Notes: a model not told the origin generated them from the letters alone. A DNA stretch of 47,407 nucleotides from Gemmatimonadaceae bacterium (GCA_033763905.1 JANRJP010000001.1:1-47407); one strand, 5' to 3'. Counted from the first letter of the stretch, positions 9,998 to 20,582 are shown. Numbers and translations are program-made.

Positions 9998-11275
9998 GTG
10001 CGCGTCGAACTACTGACGATCGGCGACGAGCTCCTGCTCGGCTTCACCCTCGACACCAACGGGCCGTTCCTGTCGCGCGCGCTGGCGGCGATGGGCATCA
10101 CCGTTGCGCATCGCGCGAGTGTGGGCGATGACGCCGAGAGTGTCGCGCGAGCCGTCCGCGAGGCCTTGGCGCGTACGGGAGCGGTGATCACGACCGGGGG
10201 GCTCGGGCCCACGAGCGACGATCGCACGCGCGAAGCGATCGCCGAGGTCTTCGGTCGCCCGCTCGTGCGCGACGAGGCGATCGTGGCGGCCTTGCAGGAC
10301 CTATGGCAACGGCGCGGACTCGGGACGACGCTGCCGGCGAGCAACTTGCAGCAGGCGATGGTGCCGGAGGGCGCGACGGTGCTGGCTAATCGTCACGGCT
10401 CGGCGCCCGGCCTATGGGTCGAAGACGCCACGCAGCGATGGGTCGCGATGCTGCCCGGCGTCCCGCGCGAGATGCGCGGGATGTGGACCGACACGCTGGA
10501 GCCGCGGCTCCGCGCGCGGCTCGCTGACTCGGCGACCGGGACGACGGCCACGGTGGTTCGATCCCGCACCGTGCGCACGACCGGCATCTCCGAATCGAAG
10601 CTCGCCGACGACCTCGGGGAGCTCGCACGCGGTGTCCACGGCTTGCCGCTGGCCTACTTGCCGGGGTACGAAGGCGTCGATCTCCGCGTGACCGCGAGCG
10701 GCTTCGCGGCGGACGAAGCGGATCGTCGGCTGCACGCTGCGGCTGATGCCCTCGCGGCCGTCGCCGGCTCGCACGTCTACGGCTACGACGACACCGATCT
10801 GGCTGCCGTGGTCCTGCAGCGGTGCCGCGATCGCGGGCTCAAGCTGGCGGTCGCCGAGAGCTGCACCGGCGGGATGCTGGGGATGCGGCTGACGGCGGTC
10901 CCGGGGTCGAGCGACGTGCTCTTGGGCGGACTGATCGCGTACGACAATCTGGTGAAGGTCACGCAACTTGGCGTGCGCGCGGCCGATCTCGCCGAACACG
11001 GCGCGGTCAGCGAAATCGTCGCGACCCGAATGGCGGCATCGGTGCGGGTGAAGCTGGGCGCCGACATCGGGATCGGCATTACCGGGATCGCCGGCCCGGG
11101 TGGGGGCTCCGACGAGAAGCCCGTGGGTACGGTCTGGGTGGCCGCGGACCTCGGCGGCAAAGTGCGCACCCTGCGGCGGATCCTGCCCGGGGATCGCCAC
11201 GAAGTCCGGCAACGAGCGGCCCAGATGGCGCTCGATCTCGTGCGGCGCGGGCTCGACCACGCGTCGGAATCCTGA
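9998..11275 (+). CDS. cinA: Competence/damage-inducible protein CinA (MoCF-binding plus NMN deamidase domains)
   Basis: GTG start; IGDELLLG..LDTN, TGGLGPTSDD, LPGVPREM, AESCTGG, GAVSE, GITGIAGPGGG..EKPVGTV. Confidence 0.93.
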   Translation: MRVELLTIGDELLLGFTLDTNGPFLSRALAAMGITVAHRASVGDDAESVARAVREALARTGAVITTGGLGPTSDDRTREAIAEVFGRPLVRDEAIVAALQDLWQRRGLGTTLPASNLQQAMVPEGATVLANRHGSAPGLWVEDATQRWVAMLPGVPREMRGMWTDTLEPRLRARLADSATGTTATVVRSRTVRTTGISESKLADDLGELARGVHGLPLAYLPGYEGVDLRVTASGFAADEADRRLHAAADALAAVAGSHVYGYDDTDLAAVVLQRCRDRGLKLAVAESCTGGMLGMRLTAVPGSSDVLLGGLIAYDNLVKVTQLGVRAADLAEHGAVSEIVATRMAASVRVKLGADIGIGITGIAGPGGGSDEKPVGTVWVAADLGGKVRTLRRILPGDRHEVRQRAAQMALDLVRRGLDHASES

Positions 11276-11305
11276 ACGTCCGTTCCACCGTAGGTAGGTA
11301 TAGCT

Positions 11306-11872
11306 ATGACTGACACTCCCGATCTCAACGCGTCCCCGGCCGACCCGGACACCTCGGCGGCAGCCCCTGCCGCCGCCGAACAGGCGGCGGCCACTGACGA
11401 TGCGGCGACCGTCGCGCTCAAGCTGCTCGAAGAGCAGCGTGAGAAGTACATCCGGTTGGCCGCCGAATACGACAACTTCCGCAAGCGTACCGCGAAGGAG
11501 CGGCTCGAAGCCGAACGCCGCGGTCAGGCCGATGTGGTGAAGGGGCTGATCGAAGCGCTCGACGACCTGCGCCGGTTCTCGCACGTCGATCCCGGCGTGA
11601 TGGACGCCAAGACGATGCACGACGGCGTGCAGATGGTCGAGAAGAAGGTCTTCAAGTCGCTGGGCGGCCACGGACTGGAAGTGCTGGATCCGGCCGATCA
11701 TCCGTTCGATCCCGGTCTGCACGAAGCCGTCGGCACACAGCCGGTGGGTGATCAGGCGCAGGACCATCTGGTCGCGCAGGTCTATCAGGTCGGATATCGC
11801 TTTCACGGCCAACTGCTGCGGCCGGCTCGCGTCGTCGTGAAGCAGTTCGTCGAGGGCGCTGGGCCGCACTGA
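11306..11872 (+). CDS. grpE: Nucleotide exchange factor GrpE
   Basis: [37 protein letters not shown]. Confidence 0.95.
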   Translation: MTDTPDLNASPADPDTSAAAPAAAEQAAATDDAATVALKLLEEQREKYIRLAAEYDNFRKRTAKERLEAERRGQADVVKGLIEALDDLRRFSHVDPGVMDAKTMHDGVQMVEKKVFKSLGGHGLEVLDPADHPFDPGLHEAVGTQPVGDQAQDHLVAQVYQVGYRFHGQLLRPARVVVKQFVEGAGPH

Positions 11873-11873
11873 G

Positions 11874-12977
11874 ATGGCAGCGCCCCGCGACTTCTACGCG
11901 GTCCTCGGTGTGTCGCCGACGGCCACGCCCGACGAGATCAAGAAGCAGTACCGCAAACTCGCCAAGCAGTACCACCCTGACGCGAACGAAGGGGACCCCA
12001 AGGCGGCGGAACGCTTCAAAGAGATCTCGGAGGCGTATGGCGTCGTTGGCGACGCCGAGAAGCGCAAGCAGTACGACGAGATGCGTCGCCTCGGCGCCTT
12101 CACCTCGGGCGGCGCACGGCGTCCCGGCTCCGGCCCGACCGGCGGCGGATTCCGGAGCGAGCCTGCGGCCGATATGGGCGGCGGCTTTGGCGCGTTCAGT
12201 GACCTCTTCTCGTCGCTGTTCAGCGATCGGCAGGGACCACGGGCCAAAGCGGCCCAAGCGGGTCAGACGGTCGAGACCACGCTCAAGATTCCGTTCCGCA
12301 CGGCGGCGGCGGGCGGCAAGGTCGAAGTGAAGCTCGACGTCGTCGAAGAGTGCAACACGTGCAAGGGATCCGGCGCCGCCCTCGGCGCGCGAATGAACGT
12401 CTGTCCCGAATGCGCCGGTCGCGGCGAGATCTCGTTCGGGCAGGGTGGTTTCGCCGTCAATCGTCCGTGTCCGATGTGTCTTGGCCGCGGGCAGATTCCG
12501 TCGGCGAAGTGCGTGACCTGTGCCGGCGCCGGTGAACTGCGGAACGCGCGCACCGTGTCGATCACGGTGCCCACCGGAGCCGATACCGGCACCAAGGTGC
12601 GGCTCAAGGGGCAGGGTGGCCGCGGACGCAACGGCGGGACGCCGGGTGATCTCGTGATCACGTTCCAAGTGGAGCCCGACCGCTTCTACTCGCGCGAAGG
12701 ACTCGACTTGATCGCACGCGTGCCGATCAATGTGGCCCAGGCGCTGCTGGGTTCGACGATCAGCGTGAAGACGCTCGATGGGACGAAGGTTGCCGTGAAG
12801 ATTCCCGCGGGCACGAGCAGCGGACGGCGCTTCAAGGTGGCGGGGCAGGGCATCGCCAAGGGCAACGAAAAAGGCGATCTGCTCGTCGAAGCACAGATCG
12901 CCGTTCCCGAGACGTTGACGTCGGAGCAGGAGCGACTGCTCAAGGACTTCGCGACCGCCGCCGGCCTCAAGTACTGA
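11874..12977 (+). CDS. dnaJ: Chaperone DnaJ
   Basis: J-domain with HPD, G/F-rich region, four CxxCxGxG motifs. Confidence 0.95.
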   Translation: MAAPRDFYAVLGVSPTATPDEIKKQYRKLAKQYHPDANEGDPKAAERFKEISEAYGVVGDAEKRKQYDEMRRLGAFTSGGARRPGSGPTGGGFRSEPAADMGGGFGAFSDLFSSLFSDRQGPRAKAAQAGQTVETTLKIPFRTAAAGGKVEVKLDVVEECNTCKGSGAALGARMNVCPECAGRGEISFGQGGFAVNRPCPMCLGRGQIPSAKCVTCAGAGELRNARTVSITVPTGADTGTKVRLKGQGGRGRNGGTPGDLVITFQVEPDRFYSREGLDLIARVPINVAQALLGSTISVKTLDGTKVAVKIPAGTSSGRRFKVAGQGIAKGNEKGDLLVEAQIAVPETLTSEQERLLKDFATAAGLKY

Positions 12978-12998
12978 GGTCGGCCGGCGACCGCCGCG

Positions 12999-13466
12999 CT
13001 ACGGCGTCGCTGGGGATGCGGGGGCGCGCACCCAGGTCTGCGTCCGGCCCATCAACGAGATTCCGATATAGCCGCGCACCTCGAGCTTGCGACCGCCGTC
13101 GACGACGGTGAGTCGCACTTTGTAGGTCTTGCCCTTGTCGGGATCCAGAATCTCGCCGCCGCCCCAGAAGTCGCCCTTCGAGGTGACGCCGCGCATAATC
13201 TCGAGATCCTGCAGCGGCAAGTCGCGCCGGTCGTCGGTACACTTGGTGCAACGTACGCCGACCGGTTCGTTGGGATCGAGCGAGCCGCGGGCGATGCCGA
13301 TCATCGTGTTGCCGCGGCGCACGATCTCGACGATGCCGCGGGGCTTGCCCGTGACATCGTCGATGGTGTGCCAGAGGCCTTCCGGCGATGGCTGGGCCCA
13401 CGAGACGGCGGGCCACAGCCACAGACCGATCAGGATCGAAACAAAGCGCATAGTGAGCGTTCTCAC
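12999..13466 (-). CDS. DUF2147-family exported protein (alternative ATG at 13451)
   Basis: Signal peptide; GLWHTIDD.TGKP, C..C, GGEILDPDKGKTY, LEVRGYIGISLMGRTQTW. Confidence 0.85.
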   Translation of the reverse strand: MRTLTMRFVSILIGLWLWPAVSWAQPSPEGLWHTIDDVTGKPRGIVEIVRRGNTMIGIARGSLDPNEPVGVRCTKCTDDRRDLPLQDLEIMRGVTSKGDFWGGGEILDPDKGKTYKVRLTVVDGGRKLEVRGYIGISLMGRTQTWVRAPASPATP

Positions 13467-16400
13467 GCGTGAGCGGGCGTTCCGGTGAAGATAGCCGCCT
13501 CGCGGGCTGCGGTCACATCGTCGGGGTGAATCGCCGGTGGGAGCAGCTTGTACATCACCGGCGTCACGATCCGGCTCAACAGCGTGGAGCTCACCAGGCC
13601 GCCGATGATGACGATCGCCAACGGTGAGTACAGCGCGCTCTGCTGCACCGCCAAGGGCAAGAGGCCGCCGATGGCGGTCAGGCTCGTGAGCACGATCGGC
13701 AGGAAGCGCACCGCGCCGGCGGTCTCGATCGCCTCTTCGAGTGGCATCCCCTGCGCCCGCAACTGGTTGGTGTAGTCGACGAGCAGCACCGAGTTCTTGA
13801 TCTCGATGCCGATCAGCGCCACCAACCCCACCACGGCCGTGAAGCTCAGCGTGTAGCCCGTCAGGAAGAGGGCGACCACGGCACCCACCACGCCGAGCGG
13901 AATGACACTCGCGACGATCAGCGTGCCGGTGAAGGTGCGGAACTCCAGCACGAGCACGGCGACGATGCCGAAGATCGCGATGAGAATTGCCGAGCCCAAG
14001 CCGCCAAAGCTCTCTTCGCGGCTTTCGACCTCACCGGCCACTACGACACCGTAACCGGCAGGCCGCTTCCACTGCGCCACCTGGTCGAGCACGGCGGTGG
14101 TCACCCGCCCGGTGTTGTATCCGGTCAGGACATCGGCAGTGACGGTCACCGACCGCTCACCGGCATTGTGCTGAATCAGTGGCGGCGATGACGAGAAGCC
14201 AAGCGTGGCCACTTGTCGCAGCGGGACGGCCGCACCGCGCTGCGAGGGGACACTGACGCGATCGAGCATCGACGGTGTGGGCACGGTGGGTCCGTCCAAC
14301 CGAACGCTCACGTCGTACTCCCGTCCATCCTGCGCGCGCACCGTCGCCGCCGGAACGCCCGCCAGCGCGAGGCGAACCGTCCGGTCGATATCCGCCGTGG
14401 CGACACCCAGCATCCCCGCCTTGTCGCGGCGGATGTCGAACTGCAAATCGGTGCGCGCGATCTTGACCGGATTGACCACCGAGCGCGTGCCCGGGGTGCG
14501 TACCATCATCGCCTCCAGCTCGGCCGCGAGTGTGCGCAACGTGTCGAGATTCGGGCCGGTGATGCGCAGCGCGATCGGGGCTTCGATGTTCGGTCCGTTT
14601 TCGAACTCCTTCACGAGAATGCGCGCGCCGGGGTAGCCGTCGAAGGTCGCGCGCAACGAGTCGAGCATGCGCGGGGTCGTGCGCGGATTGAAGCGGTCGA
14701 GCACCACCAGCACTTCGCCGGCATTGGCGCGCTCGCTGAGCGGAATCACGTTGTAGTACGTCGCCGGGTTGCCCTTGCCGATGTTGGCGAAGACGCTCTT
14801 CACGTCGGGGCGGCCGAGGAGCGTGCGCTCGACGAAGCGCACCGCGTCATCGGTGGTGCGGCGCGACGAGCCCGCCGGTGGTTCCACGGTGATCAGAAAA
14901 TGCGGCGTGCCCGCCTTGGGGAAGAGCGAGAAGCCGACCACGGGAATCAGCGCCATCGCGCCGGCGAACAGCAGGCCCGCGCCCAGCAGCGATCGCCGCG
15001 GATGCGCCAGCGCCAGGTGCAGCACGCGCGTGTACGTCTTCTCGATGCCGCGGTTGAACCACTGCAGGAGCTTCGATCCGTGCGGATCGTCGCCTTCGCG
15101 CAGCCAGCGGCTGGCGAGGAAGGGAATCACCGTCAGCGACACCAGCAGCGACGCGGCGACGGTCATCACGACTGCGGCGGGCAATCCGCGGATGAACTTC
15201 CCGGGAATTCCGGGGAGCATCAACAGTGGGACAAACGCCAGGATCAGCGCCGCGGTGTAGCCGAGCACGGCGACGGTGATCTGGGACGTCGCGGCCACGG
15301 CGGCCTCGGCGCGGGATTTCCCCGAGCGGAGGAAGCGGGTGATGTTCTCGACGACGACGATCGAGTCGTCGACCAGCAGACCGAGCGCAATCACGAAGCC
15401 GACGATCGTCAGCTGATTGATCGTGAAGCCGAACAGTTGCAACAGCGCGACCCCGATCAGCAGAGAGAGCGGAATGCTGACCATCACGATGGCCGACGCG
15501 CGGAAGCCGAGGGGCAGCAGCGTCACGAGCACGAGCAGAATGGCCAGGGCGAAGTCGGTGCCGAGCTGCTTGAGCCGGCCCGCCACGTTGCGCGACTGAT
15601 CGAAGCCGCGCTCGAGCGTCATCCGCTTGGGCAGTGAGGTCTCCCAGGTATCCAGTTCGCGCCAGAGCGCGTCGCGAACCGTGAGGACGTTGGCGCCTTC
15701 CTGAATGTTCACCGCCACGAAGGTGGCGCGCCGTCCGTTGTATCGCCCGCTGTGGGTGGCTTCCGCGTAGTCCCAGCGGACCTCGGCGACGTCACCCAGT
15801 CGCACCGCCGTGGTGCCGGAGCCCGCCACCACCGTGCGGCGCACGTCGTCGACCGACGCAAAGGCGCCACTGGTCTTCACGTTGTAGCGGCGTCCGGACA
15901 CATCGACCGAGCCACCCGGGATGTTGGCCCCCTCCGACTGCAACGCGCCGAGGATCTGGTTGAGCGGAATTCGTCGTTCGGCAAGTGCCCCGAGGTCGAC
16001 GCGCACCTGCACCTCGCGGGTCGGCATCGCGAAGATTTTCGCGGTGCGGACGCCGCTGATGCGGCTCAGCTTGTCGCGCAGGTCACGGGCGCGTTCGTCG
16101 AGCTCGTGCCACGGCGCAGTGGCGCTGGTCAGGGCGAACTGTGCGACGTAGGTCTCGGCCGAGCTGAAGCGATCGACGGTCAGCGAGAGTAACTCGGCGG
16201 GCAGATCGGGCCGGAGCGCATTCATCTCGCGGAGCACTTCGTCGTACTTGCGGTCGGCATCGGCGTTCGGGTCGAACTCGACCGTGATGACGCCAAGCCC
16301 GTCTTCGGCGCGCGAGCGATACTTGTCGAGCAGCGTGAGTTCCTTGATGCGCTTTTCGACCGGGTCGATGACGAGCTGCTCGATGTCCGTCGGCGAAGCG

Positions 16401-16558
16401 CCGGGGACGATCGCGACGATCGTGAAGGTCGGAATCGGGAAGGCCGGGTCTTCGGCCTTCGGAATCGTCCACATGGCCTGCAAGCCCAGCGCAGCGAGCG
16501 CGAGGAACGCGGTCAGCGTGAACTGCGGGCGGAAGACCGCGAATCGGGTGAGGTTCAC
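13463..16558 (-). CDS. RND efflux permease (AcrB/AcrD/AcrF family)
   Basis: 1031 aa; GLLVDDSIVVVEN and IKNSVLLVD proton-relay motifs; RFLPIVLTSLT. Confidence 0.95.
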   Translation of the reverse strand: MNLTRFAVFRPQFTLTAFLALAALGLQAMWTIPKAEDPAFPIPTFTIVAIVPGASPTDIEQLVIDPVEKRIKELTLLDKYRSRAEDGLGVITVEFDPNADADRKYDEVLREMNALRPDLPAELLSLTVDRFSSAETYVAQFALTSATAPWHELDERARDLRDKLSRISGVRTAKIFAMPTREVQVRVDLGALAERRIPLNQILGALQSEGANIPGGSVDVSGRRYNVKTSGAFASVDDVRRTVVAGSGTTAVRLGDVAEVRWDYAEATHSGRYNGRRATFVAVNIQEGANVLTVRDALWRELDTWETSLPKRMTLERGFDQSRNVAGRLKQLGTDFALAILLVLVTLLPLGFRASAIVMVSIPLSLLIGVALLQLFGFTINQLTIVGFVIALGLLVDDSIVVVENITRFLRSGKSRAEAAVAATSQITVAVLGYTAALILAFVPLLMLPGIPGKFIRGLPAAVVMTVAASLLVSLTVIPFLASRWLREGDDPHGSKLLQWFNRGIEKTYTRVLHLALAHPRRSLLGAGLLFAGAMALIPVVGFSLFPKAGTPHFLITVEPPAGSSRRTTDDAVRFVERTLLGRPDVKSVFANIGKGNPATYYNVIPLSERANAGEVLVVLDRFNPRTTPRMLDSLRATFDGYPGARILVKEFENGPNIEAPIALRITGPNLDTLRTLAAELEAMMVRTPGTRSVVNPVKIARTDLQFDIRRDKAGMLGVATADIDRTVRLALAGVPAATVRAQDGREYDVSVRLDGPTVPTPSMLDRVSVPSQRGAAVPLRQVATLGFSSSPPLIQHNAGERSVTVTADVLTGYNTGRVTTAVLDQVAQWKRPAGYGVVVAGEVESREESFGGLGSAILIAIFGIVAVLVLEFRTFTGTLIVASVIPLGVVGAVVALFLTGYTLSFTAVVGLVALIGIEIKNSVLLVDYTNQLRAQGMPLEEAIETAGAVRFLPIVLTSLTAIGGLLPLAVQQSALYSPLAIVIIGGLVSSTLLSRIVTPVMYKLLPPAIHPDDVTAAREAAIFTGTPAHA

Positions 16559-17619
16559 GGTTCCGCTCCTGCGCCCACCACGCGAACGCGCGCGCCATCG
16601 GTGAGGAAGGCACCGCCGGCGACCACGACCTTTTCCCCGGTGCGCAGCCCGGCGCCGATCAAGACCTGCGCGTCATTGAGCCCGGCCAGGCGGACCACGC
16701 GGCGGCGTGCGGTGCCGTCGGGCGCGAGCACGAAGACCGCGGCGGAATCGCCGTCCGCTTCGACGATCGCATCGGCGGGGACCGCATATTGGTCGGCGGC
16801 GCCTCGACGCGGGCGCGGCGCAATGGCGACCTGCGCGACCAGTCCGCTCGCGAGGGAGGCGTCGGTGTCGGCCAGCGAGATCTCGACCGGATACGCCCCG
16901 GTCATCGGTTCCGGCGCGGCACCGACGACGCGCACGCTGCCGCGCCACGTGCGGCCCGGATACGCGTCGAGGCGCACCTCGGCGGCGTCGCCAACGTGCA
17001 GCGAGACCACGTCGCGATCGGCCACGCCGGCGCGCACGATCAAGCCACGACGCAGCGTGCGGAGCACCACGACGGGTTCGCCGGGTCGCACCAGCTGTCC
17101 CGGCTCCCCCGCGCGACGCAGCACGATGCCATCGGCCGGCGCCGTAATCGTCGCGTACCGGCGGTTGAACTCCGCCGCCCGCAAGTCGGCCGAGGCGACT
17201 TCGAGCCCGGTGGTCGCATCGTCGAGCTGCGCCTTGGTCGCGGCGCTGTCCGCGTAGAGTGCCTTGGCCCGACTCAGATCCCGCTCGGCCTTGGTGCGGG
17301 CTTCGCGTGCCTTCCGCACGGCGGATTCGATTTCATCACCCGAGAGTGCGGCCAATACCTGGCCCGCGCGCACGCGGTCCCCTGATTCCGCCGTCATCGA
17401 AGCGAGGACACCGCCAATGGTGAACGAGAGCGGAATCTCCTCTTTGGCGGTCAACACGCCGGCCACACGCACCGGCGCGATCCCGCGATAGGTGTCGACA
17501 TCGGCCACGGTGACTGGGAGCGGTGCGGCCGGGTCCGCCGTGGTGGCTGCCGCGTCCGCGACGCAGCCCTGAACCAGCGGCACGAAGAGCACGGCGGCAA
17601 GTGCAAGACGACGAGTCAT
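16555..17619 (-). CDS. RND membrane fusion protein (probable lipoprotein)
   Basis: ATG overlaps the TolC stop (TGATG); LVQGC lipobox-like signal; lipoyl-like GDRVRAGQVLA and ITAPADG. Confidence 0.9.
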   Translation of the reverse strand: MTRRLALAAVLFVPLVQGCVADAAATTADPAAPLPVTVADVDTYRGIAPVRVAGVLTAKEEIPLSFTIGGVLASMTAESGDRVRAGQVLAALSGDEIESAVRKAREARTKAERDLSRAKALYADSAATKAQLDDATTGLEVASADLRAAEFNRRYATITAPADGIVLRRAGEPGQLVRPGEPVVVLRTLRRGLIVRAGVADRDVVSLHVGDAAEVRLDAYPGRTWRGSVRVVGAAPEPMTGAYPVEISLADTDASLASGLVAQVAIAPRPRRGAADQYAVPADAIVEADGDSAAVFVLAPDGTARRRVVRLAGLNDAQVLIGAGLRTGEKVVVAGGAFLTDGARVRVVGAGAEP

Positions 17620-18968
17620 CAGAAAGTCCTCGGATAGAGAGCCGCCGCGCGCTCGAAGTCGGCGCAGCGCAGGTGGTAGTCGTAGGTGGTGAGCAGCAGG
17701 TTCAGCTGCGCGTTGGTGTAGGCCGTGCGGGCATCGAGGGCTTCGAGCAGCGTGGCGGCCCCGGCTTCGCGCCGACGGCGCACGAGATTCCACGCCTGCT
17801 CGGCGGCATCGAGACGCGCCCGCGCGGTGCGGATGGCGCTCGCCGACACGACGGCGGCGGCGTGCGTCACCGAGACGTCGAGGGCGACCTGCTGCTCGAC
17901 CTCGGCGCGCTGGGCGGCGAGCCGCGCGACATCGAGTCGCGCCTGCTCGACGCGCATCTCGTCCTGCCGCCCGTTGAACAGGTTCCAGCTCAACACGACC
18001 GACGCGGTCGTGAAGTCGCGGTTCGTGGTGAAGCTGTAGTAGTTGCCTTGCCAGCCGTGGTCGATGGCCACGCCCACCGTGGGCAGAAAGGCGCTCTGCG
18101 CCGCGCGCTGTTGCGCGGCGGCGGCGTCGCGCGCGGCGCTGAGTTGGCGCACTTCGTCGCGGCGCTGCGGCGCGTTCGGCAGCACGGCCTCCAGCGCCGG
18201 CAACGCGCCGAGCCCCAGGGCCTCGTCGCCGAGCAACGGCACCGTGGCATCCAGCGGCCGGTTGAGCAGGACGTTGAACTGCTCACGCGCGGCGCGCTCA
18301 AGGCGGCGCGCATCGTCGCGTTGCTGCGCCACCGCGCTGCGTTCGGCCACGACGCGTGCGACGGCGTCGGGCGTGGCGACGCCGTTGGCAACGAGGCGCT
18401 CGGTCACCCGGAGTTGTTCGTCGAGCACGCCGAGGGTGGCATCGAGGATCTCGGCGCCCTTGGTGGCACGCGCCCACTGCAAGTAGCCGGTGCGCACCTG
18501 CCAGGCGAGCTGGCGGGCCTGCTGGTCGCGTTCGGCGCCGCGCACCCGCTCGACCGCGCGCGACGCCGCAACGCCGGCCGAGATCGCGGGGGCAAACAGC
18601 GTCTGCTGCAGCCGCACGGTGGTTTCCTGCTTCAGCGGCAGCCGCAGGTCGATGCCGGTGGGGAAGGCCGGCTGGCCAAGCAGGCCGTTGAGCGCCGAGA
18701 ACGCCGGGTTGAGCAGGGCCCCGAAGTTGAGGACGTTGCCGCTCAGCTCGGTGTAGCGCGCGTTGATGGTGGCCGACGGCAGCCAGCGGCCGCCCGCCTC
18801 GCGCACGCCCGCCCGCGCCGCCTCGAGGGCGTAGCGCGTCTGCTGCCGACCTCGGTTGTCGCGGAGCGCGACCTGCACGAAGTCGTCCAAGGTCTGCGGT
18901 GCCTGCGCGCGGATCGGGCGCCCTGCGAGCACTCCGAACGCCAAGCCAGCAAAAAGTAGAGCTCTCAC
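17619..18968 (-). CDS. TolC-family outer membrane efflux protein
   Basis: Signal peptide, two OEP repeats (WLPSATI..., FLPTVGV...LSWNLFNG), first gene of the MFP/RND operon. Confidence 0.9.
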   Translation of the reverse strand: MRALLFAGLAFGVLAGRPIRAQAPQTLDDFVQVALRDNRGRQQTRYALEAARAGVREAGGRWLPSATINARYTELSGNVLNFGALLNPAFSALNGLLGQPAFPTGIDLRLPLKQETTVRLQQTLFAPAISAGVAASRAVERVRGAERDQQARQLAWQVRTGYLQWARATKGAEILDATLGVLDEQLRVTERLVANGVATPDAVARVVAERSAVAQQRDDARRLERAAREQFNVLLNRPLDATVPLLGDEALGLGALPALEAVLPNAPQRRDEVRQLSAARDAAAAQQRAAQSAFLPTVGVAIDHGWQGNYYSFTTNRDFTTASVVLSWNLFNGRQDEMRVEQARLDVARLAAQRAEVEQQVALDVSVTHAAAVVSASAIRTARARLDAAEQAWNLVRRRREAGAATLLEALDARTAYTNAQLNLLLTTYDYHLRCADFERAAALYPRTF

Positions 18969-18970
18969 AA

Positions 18971-19027
18971 TAGAATCTCTGTTCTAGTTGACAACGCCAA
19001 GAATAGAGGAGAGATTCTAGTTGTCAA
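18971..19027. promoter_or_regulatory. Two TetR-type operator palindromes overlapping divergent promoters
   Basis: TAGAA-N6-TTCTA (18971-18986) and TAGAG-N6-TTCTA (19004-19019). Minus-strand TTGACA (19027-19022)-N16-TATTCT (19005-19000). Plus-strand TTGACA at 18988-18993. Confidence 0.7.
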
Positions 19028-19060
19028 GACCAGAGTGGTTGGTCTACTTTAAGTCATAGG

Positions 19061-19705
19061 ATGACAACGACTTCGACCCCAGCCCGCCAGCCTCGCGCCC
19101 CGCAGCAGGAGCGTGGGATGCAACGGATGTCGCAGATCCTCGACGCCGCCGAGCAGGTCATCGGCGAGGTCGGCGTGGATGCGGCCTCCGTGCAGGCCAT
19201 CGCCGAGCGCGCCGGGGCGTCGATGGGGTCGCTGTATCACTTCTTCCCGAGCAAGCAGGCGGTCATCGAAGCGCTCGCCGAGCGCTGCATCACGCGCGTC
19301 ACGGAAGTGAACGAGGCGAATACGTCGCCGGCGATGATCGGACTTCCGCTCGAGCCGCTCTTCGGTCAGATCGTCGACGCGCAGGTGCAGCTCAAGCAGC
19401 AGTTGCCCTGCTTTTCCGAAGTGCACGACTTCGTACTGAAGACCCCTGGAGGGCGCGACCTTCGGGAGCGGATGGACCGCGTCCTGTTGGATCAGGTCGA
19501 GTCCTTCCTCGGCGCACGAATGCCTGGGATGCCGGTCGCCCTGCGCCGCTCCTCAGCGCACTTGGCGATCACGATGGTGCACGGTGTGCTCGAGGCCATC
19601 GACCAGATGCCCCCCGAAGCGGCCGAGCCGCTCGTCCACGAGCTCCGCGCGTCGCTGGTGCGCTACTTCGAGCCGTACGACCGGCAGTACGGACGCGGCG
19701 CTTAG
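19061..19705 (+). CDS. TetR/AcrR-family regulator
   Basis: ILDAAEQVIGEVGVDAASVQAIAERAGASMGSLYHFFPSK HTH; divergent from the efflux operon. Confidence 0.93.
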   Translation: MTTTSTPARQPRAPQQERGMQRMSQILDAAEQVIGEVGVDAASVQAIAERAGASMGSLYHFFPSKQAVIEALAERCITRVTEVNEANTSPAMIGLPLEPLFGQIVDAQVQLKQQLPCFSEVHDFVLKTPGGRDLRERMDRVLLDQVESFLGARMPGMPVALRRSSAHLAITMVHGVLEAIDQMPPEAAEPLVHELRASLVRYFEPYDRQYGRGA

Positions 19706-20556
19706 CGCTTCGCCGGCGGCTTCTGCGCGACGAGCTTCACGGTCGGTTGCTCGCCGCCTGCCAACCAGTCCTCGCCGACGGGTAGCACATCCAGGCGCAG
19801 CATCCGCAGCCGGCTCCAGTGTGCCCGCACCTGCGCGACCGTCGTGCCGAGCGGCGCGGGTTCCTGCAGAATCAGAATGCCACCGGGCTTGAGCGCGCTG
19901 GCCAGCCGCACGGGCCAATTCGCGTCGAGCGCGCCGATGGACGCGTACGACGACACGATCAGATCCCACTGCTCGTCGCCGAAGTCGAACTGCTCGTGCG
20001 AACTGACCACGGCGTTGAGGGGCACGCCCTTCTGCCGCGCGGCGACTTTGGCGCCGGCGATCGCTTCGCGCGAGAAATCGTAACCGGTGACCTGCCATCC
20101 CCGCGCGGCGAGATACAGCGCGTTGCGGCCCAGTCCCATCCCGGCATCGAGCGCGCGGCCTGGGCGTAGCGCCGCGACGGCATCGACCAGCAACGGGAGC
20201 GGATCGCGCGGACCGCCCCCCAGCCGAAAGCGTGTGTCCCAGTACACCCGCTCGTGATCCACGGAGCGGGTGCGGAGGTCGGTGAGACGCGCGAGCCGCC
20301 GCGCGGCATCGGCGGAGTCGATCCCGGCGAGTCGCAATCGACGTACGTAACACTGCGACAGGTCGTACGAGGCATCGGGCGGCAGCCGCGGAATGCGGCG
20401 CGACCACGTCGCGAAATCAGCCCAGAGTACGACATCCGACAGGGCGCCCCGCGTCGGCGTGCCGCCGGCATTGAGCACCGCGTTCGGACACGAGGCCGAC
20501 TGCGCGCCGAGCGGTGTGACCGCCATCAGCAGTACCGCGACCACGACGTGCCCCAC
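19702..20556 (-). CDS. Class I SAM-dependent methyltransferase with a signal-peptide-like N-terminus (start approximate)
   Basis: ALDAGMGLGRNALYLAARGWQVTGYDFS, WDLIV, LKPGG; N-terminal VVVAVLLMAVTPLGA-Q. Confidence 0.8.
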   Translation of the reverse strand: MGHVVVAVLLMAVTPLGAQSASCPNAVLNAGGTPTRGALSDVVLWADFATWSRRIPRLPPDASYDLSQCYVRRLRLAGIDSADAARRLARLTDLRTRSVDHERVYWDTRFRLGGGPRDPLPLLVDAVAALRPGRALDAGMGLGRNALYLAARGWQVTGYDFSREAIAGAKVAARQKGVPLNAVVSSHEQFDFGDEQWDLIVSSYASIGALDANWPVRLASALKPGGILILQEPAPLGTTVAQVRAHWSRLRMLRLDVLPVGEDWLAGGEQPTVKLVAQKPPAKR

Positions 20557-20582
20557 GCGTGCTGGGCGTGGCCGCGCGAGGC

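Noticed and set aside
11306..12977. grpE-dnaJ without dnaK or hrcA
   Set aside because: Split chaperone operons are common; I saw no CIRCE element or sign of disruption.
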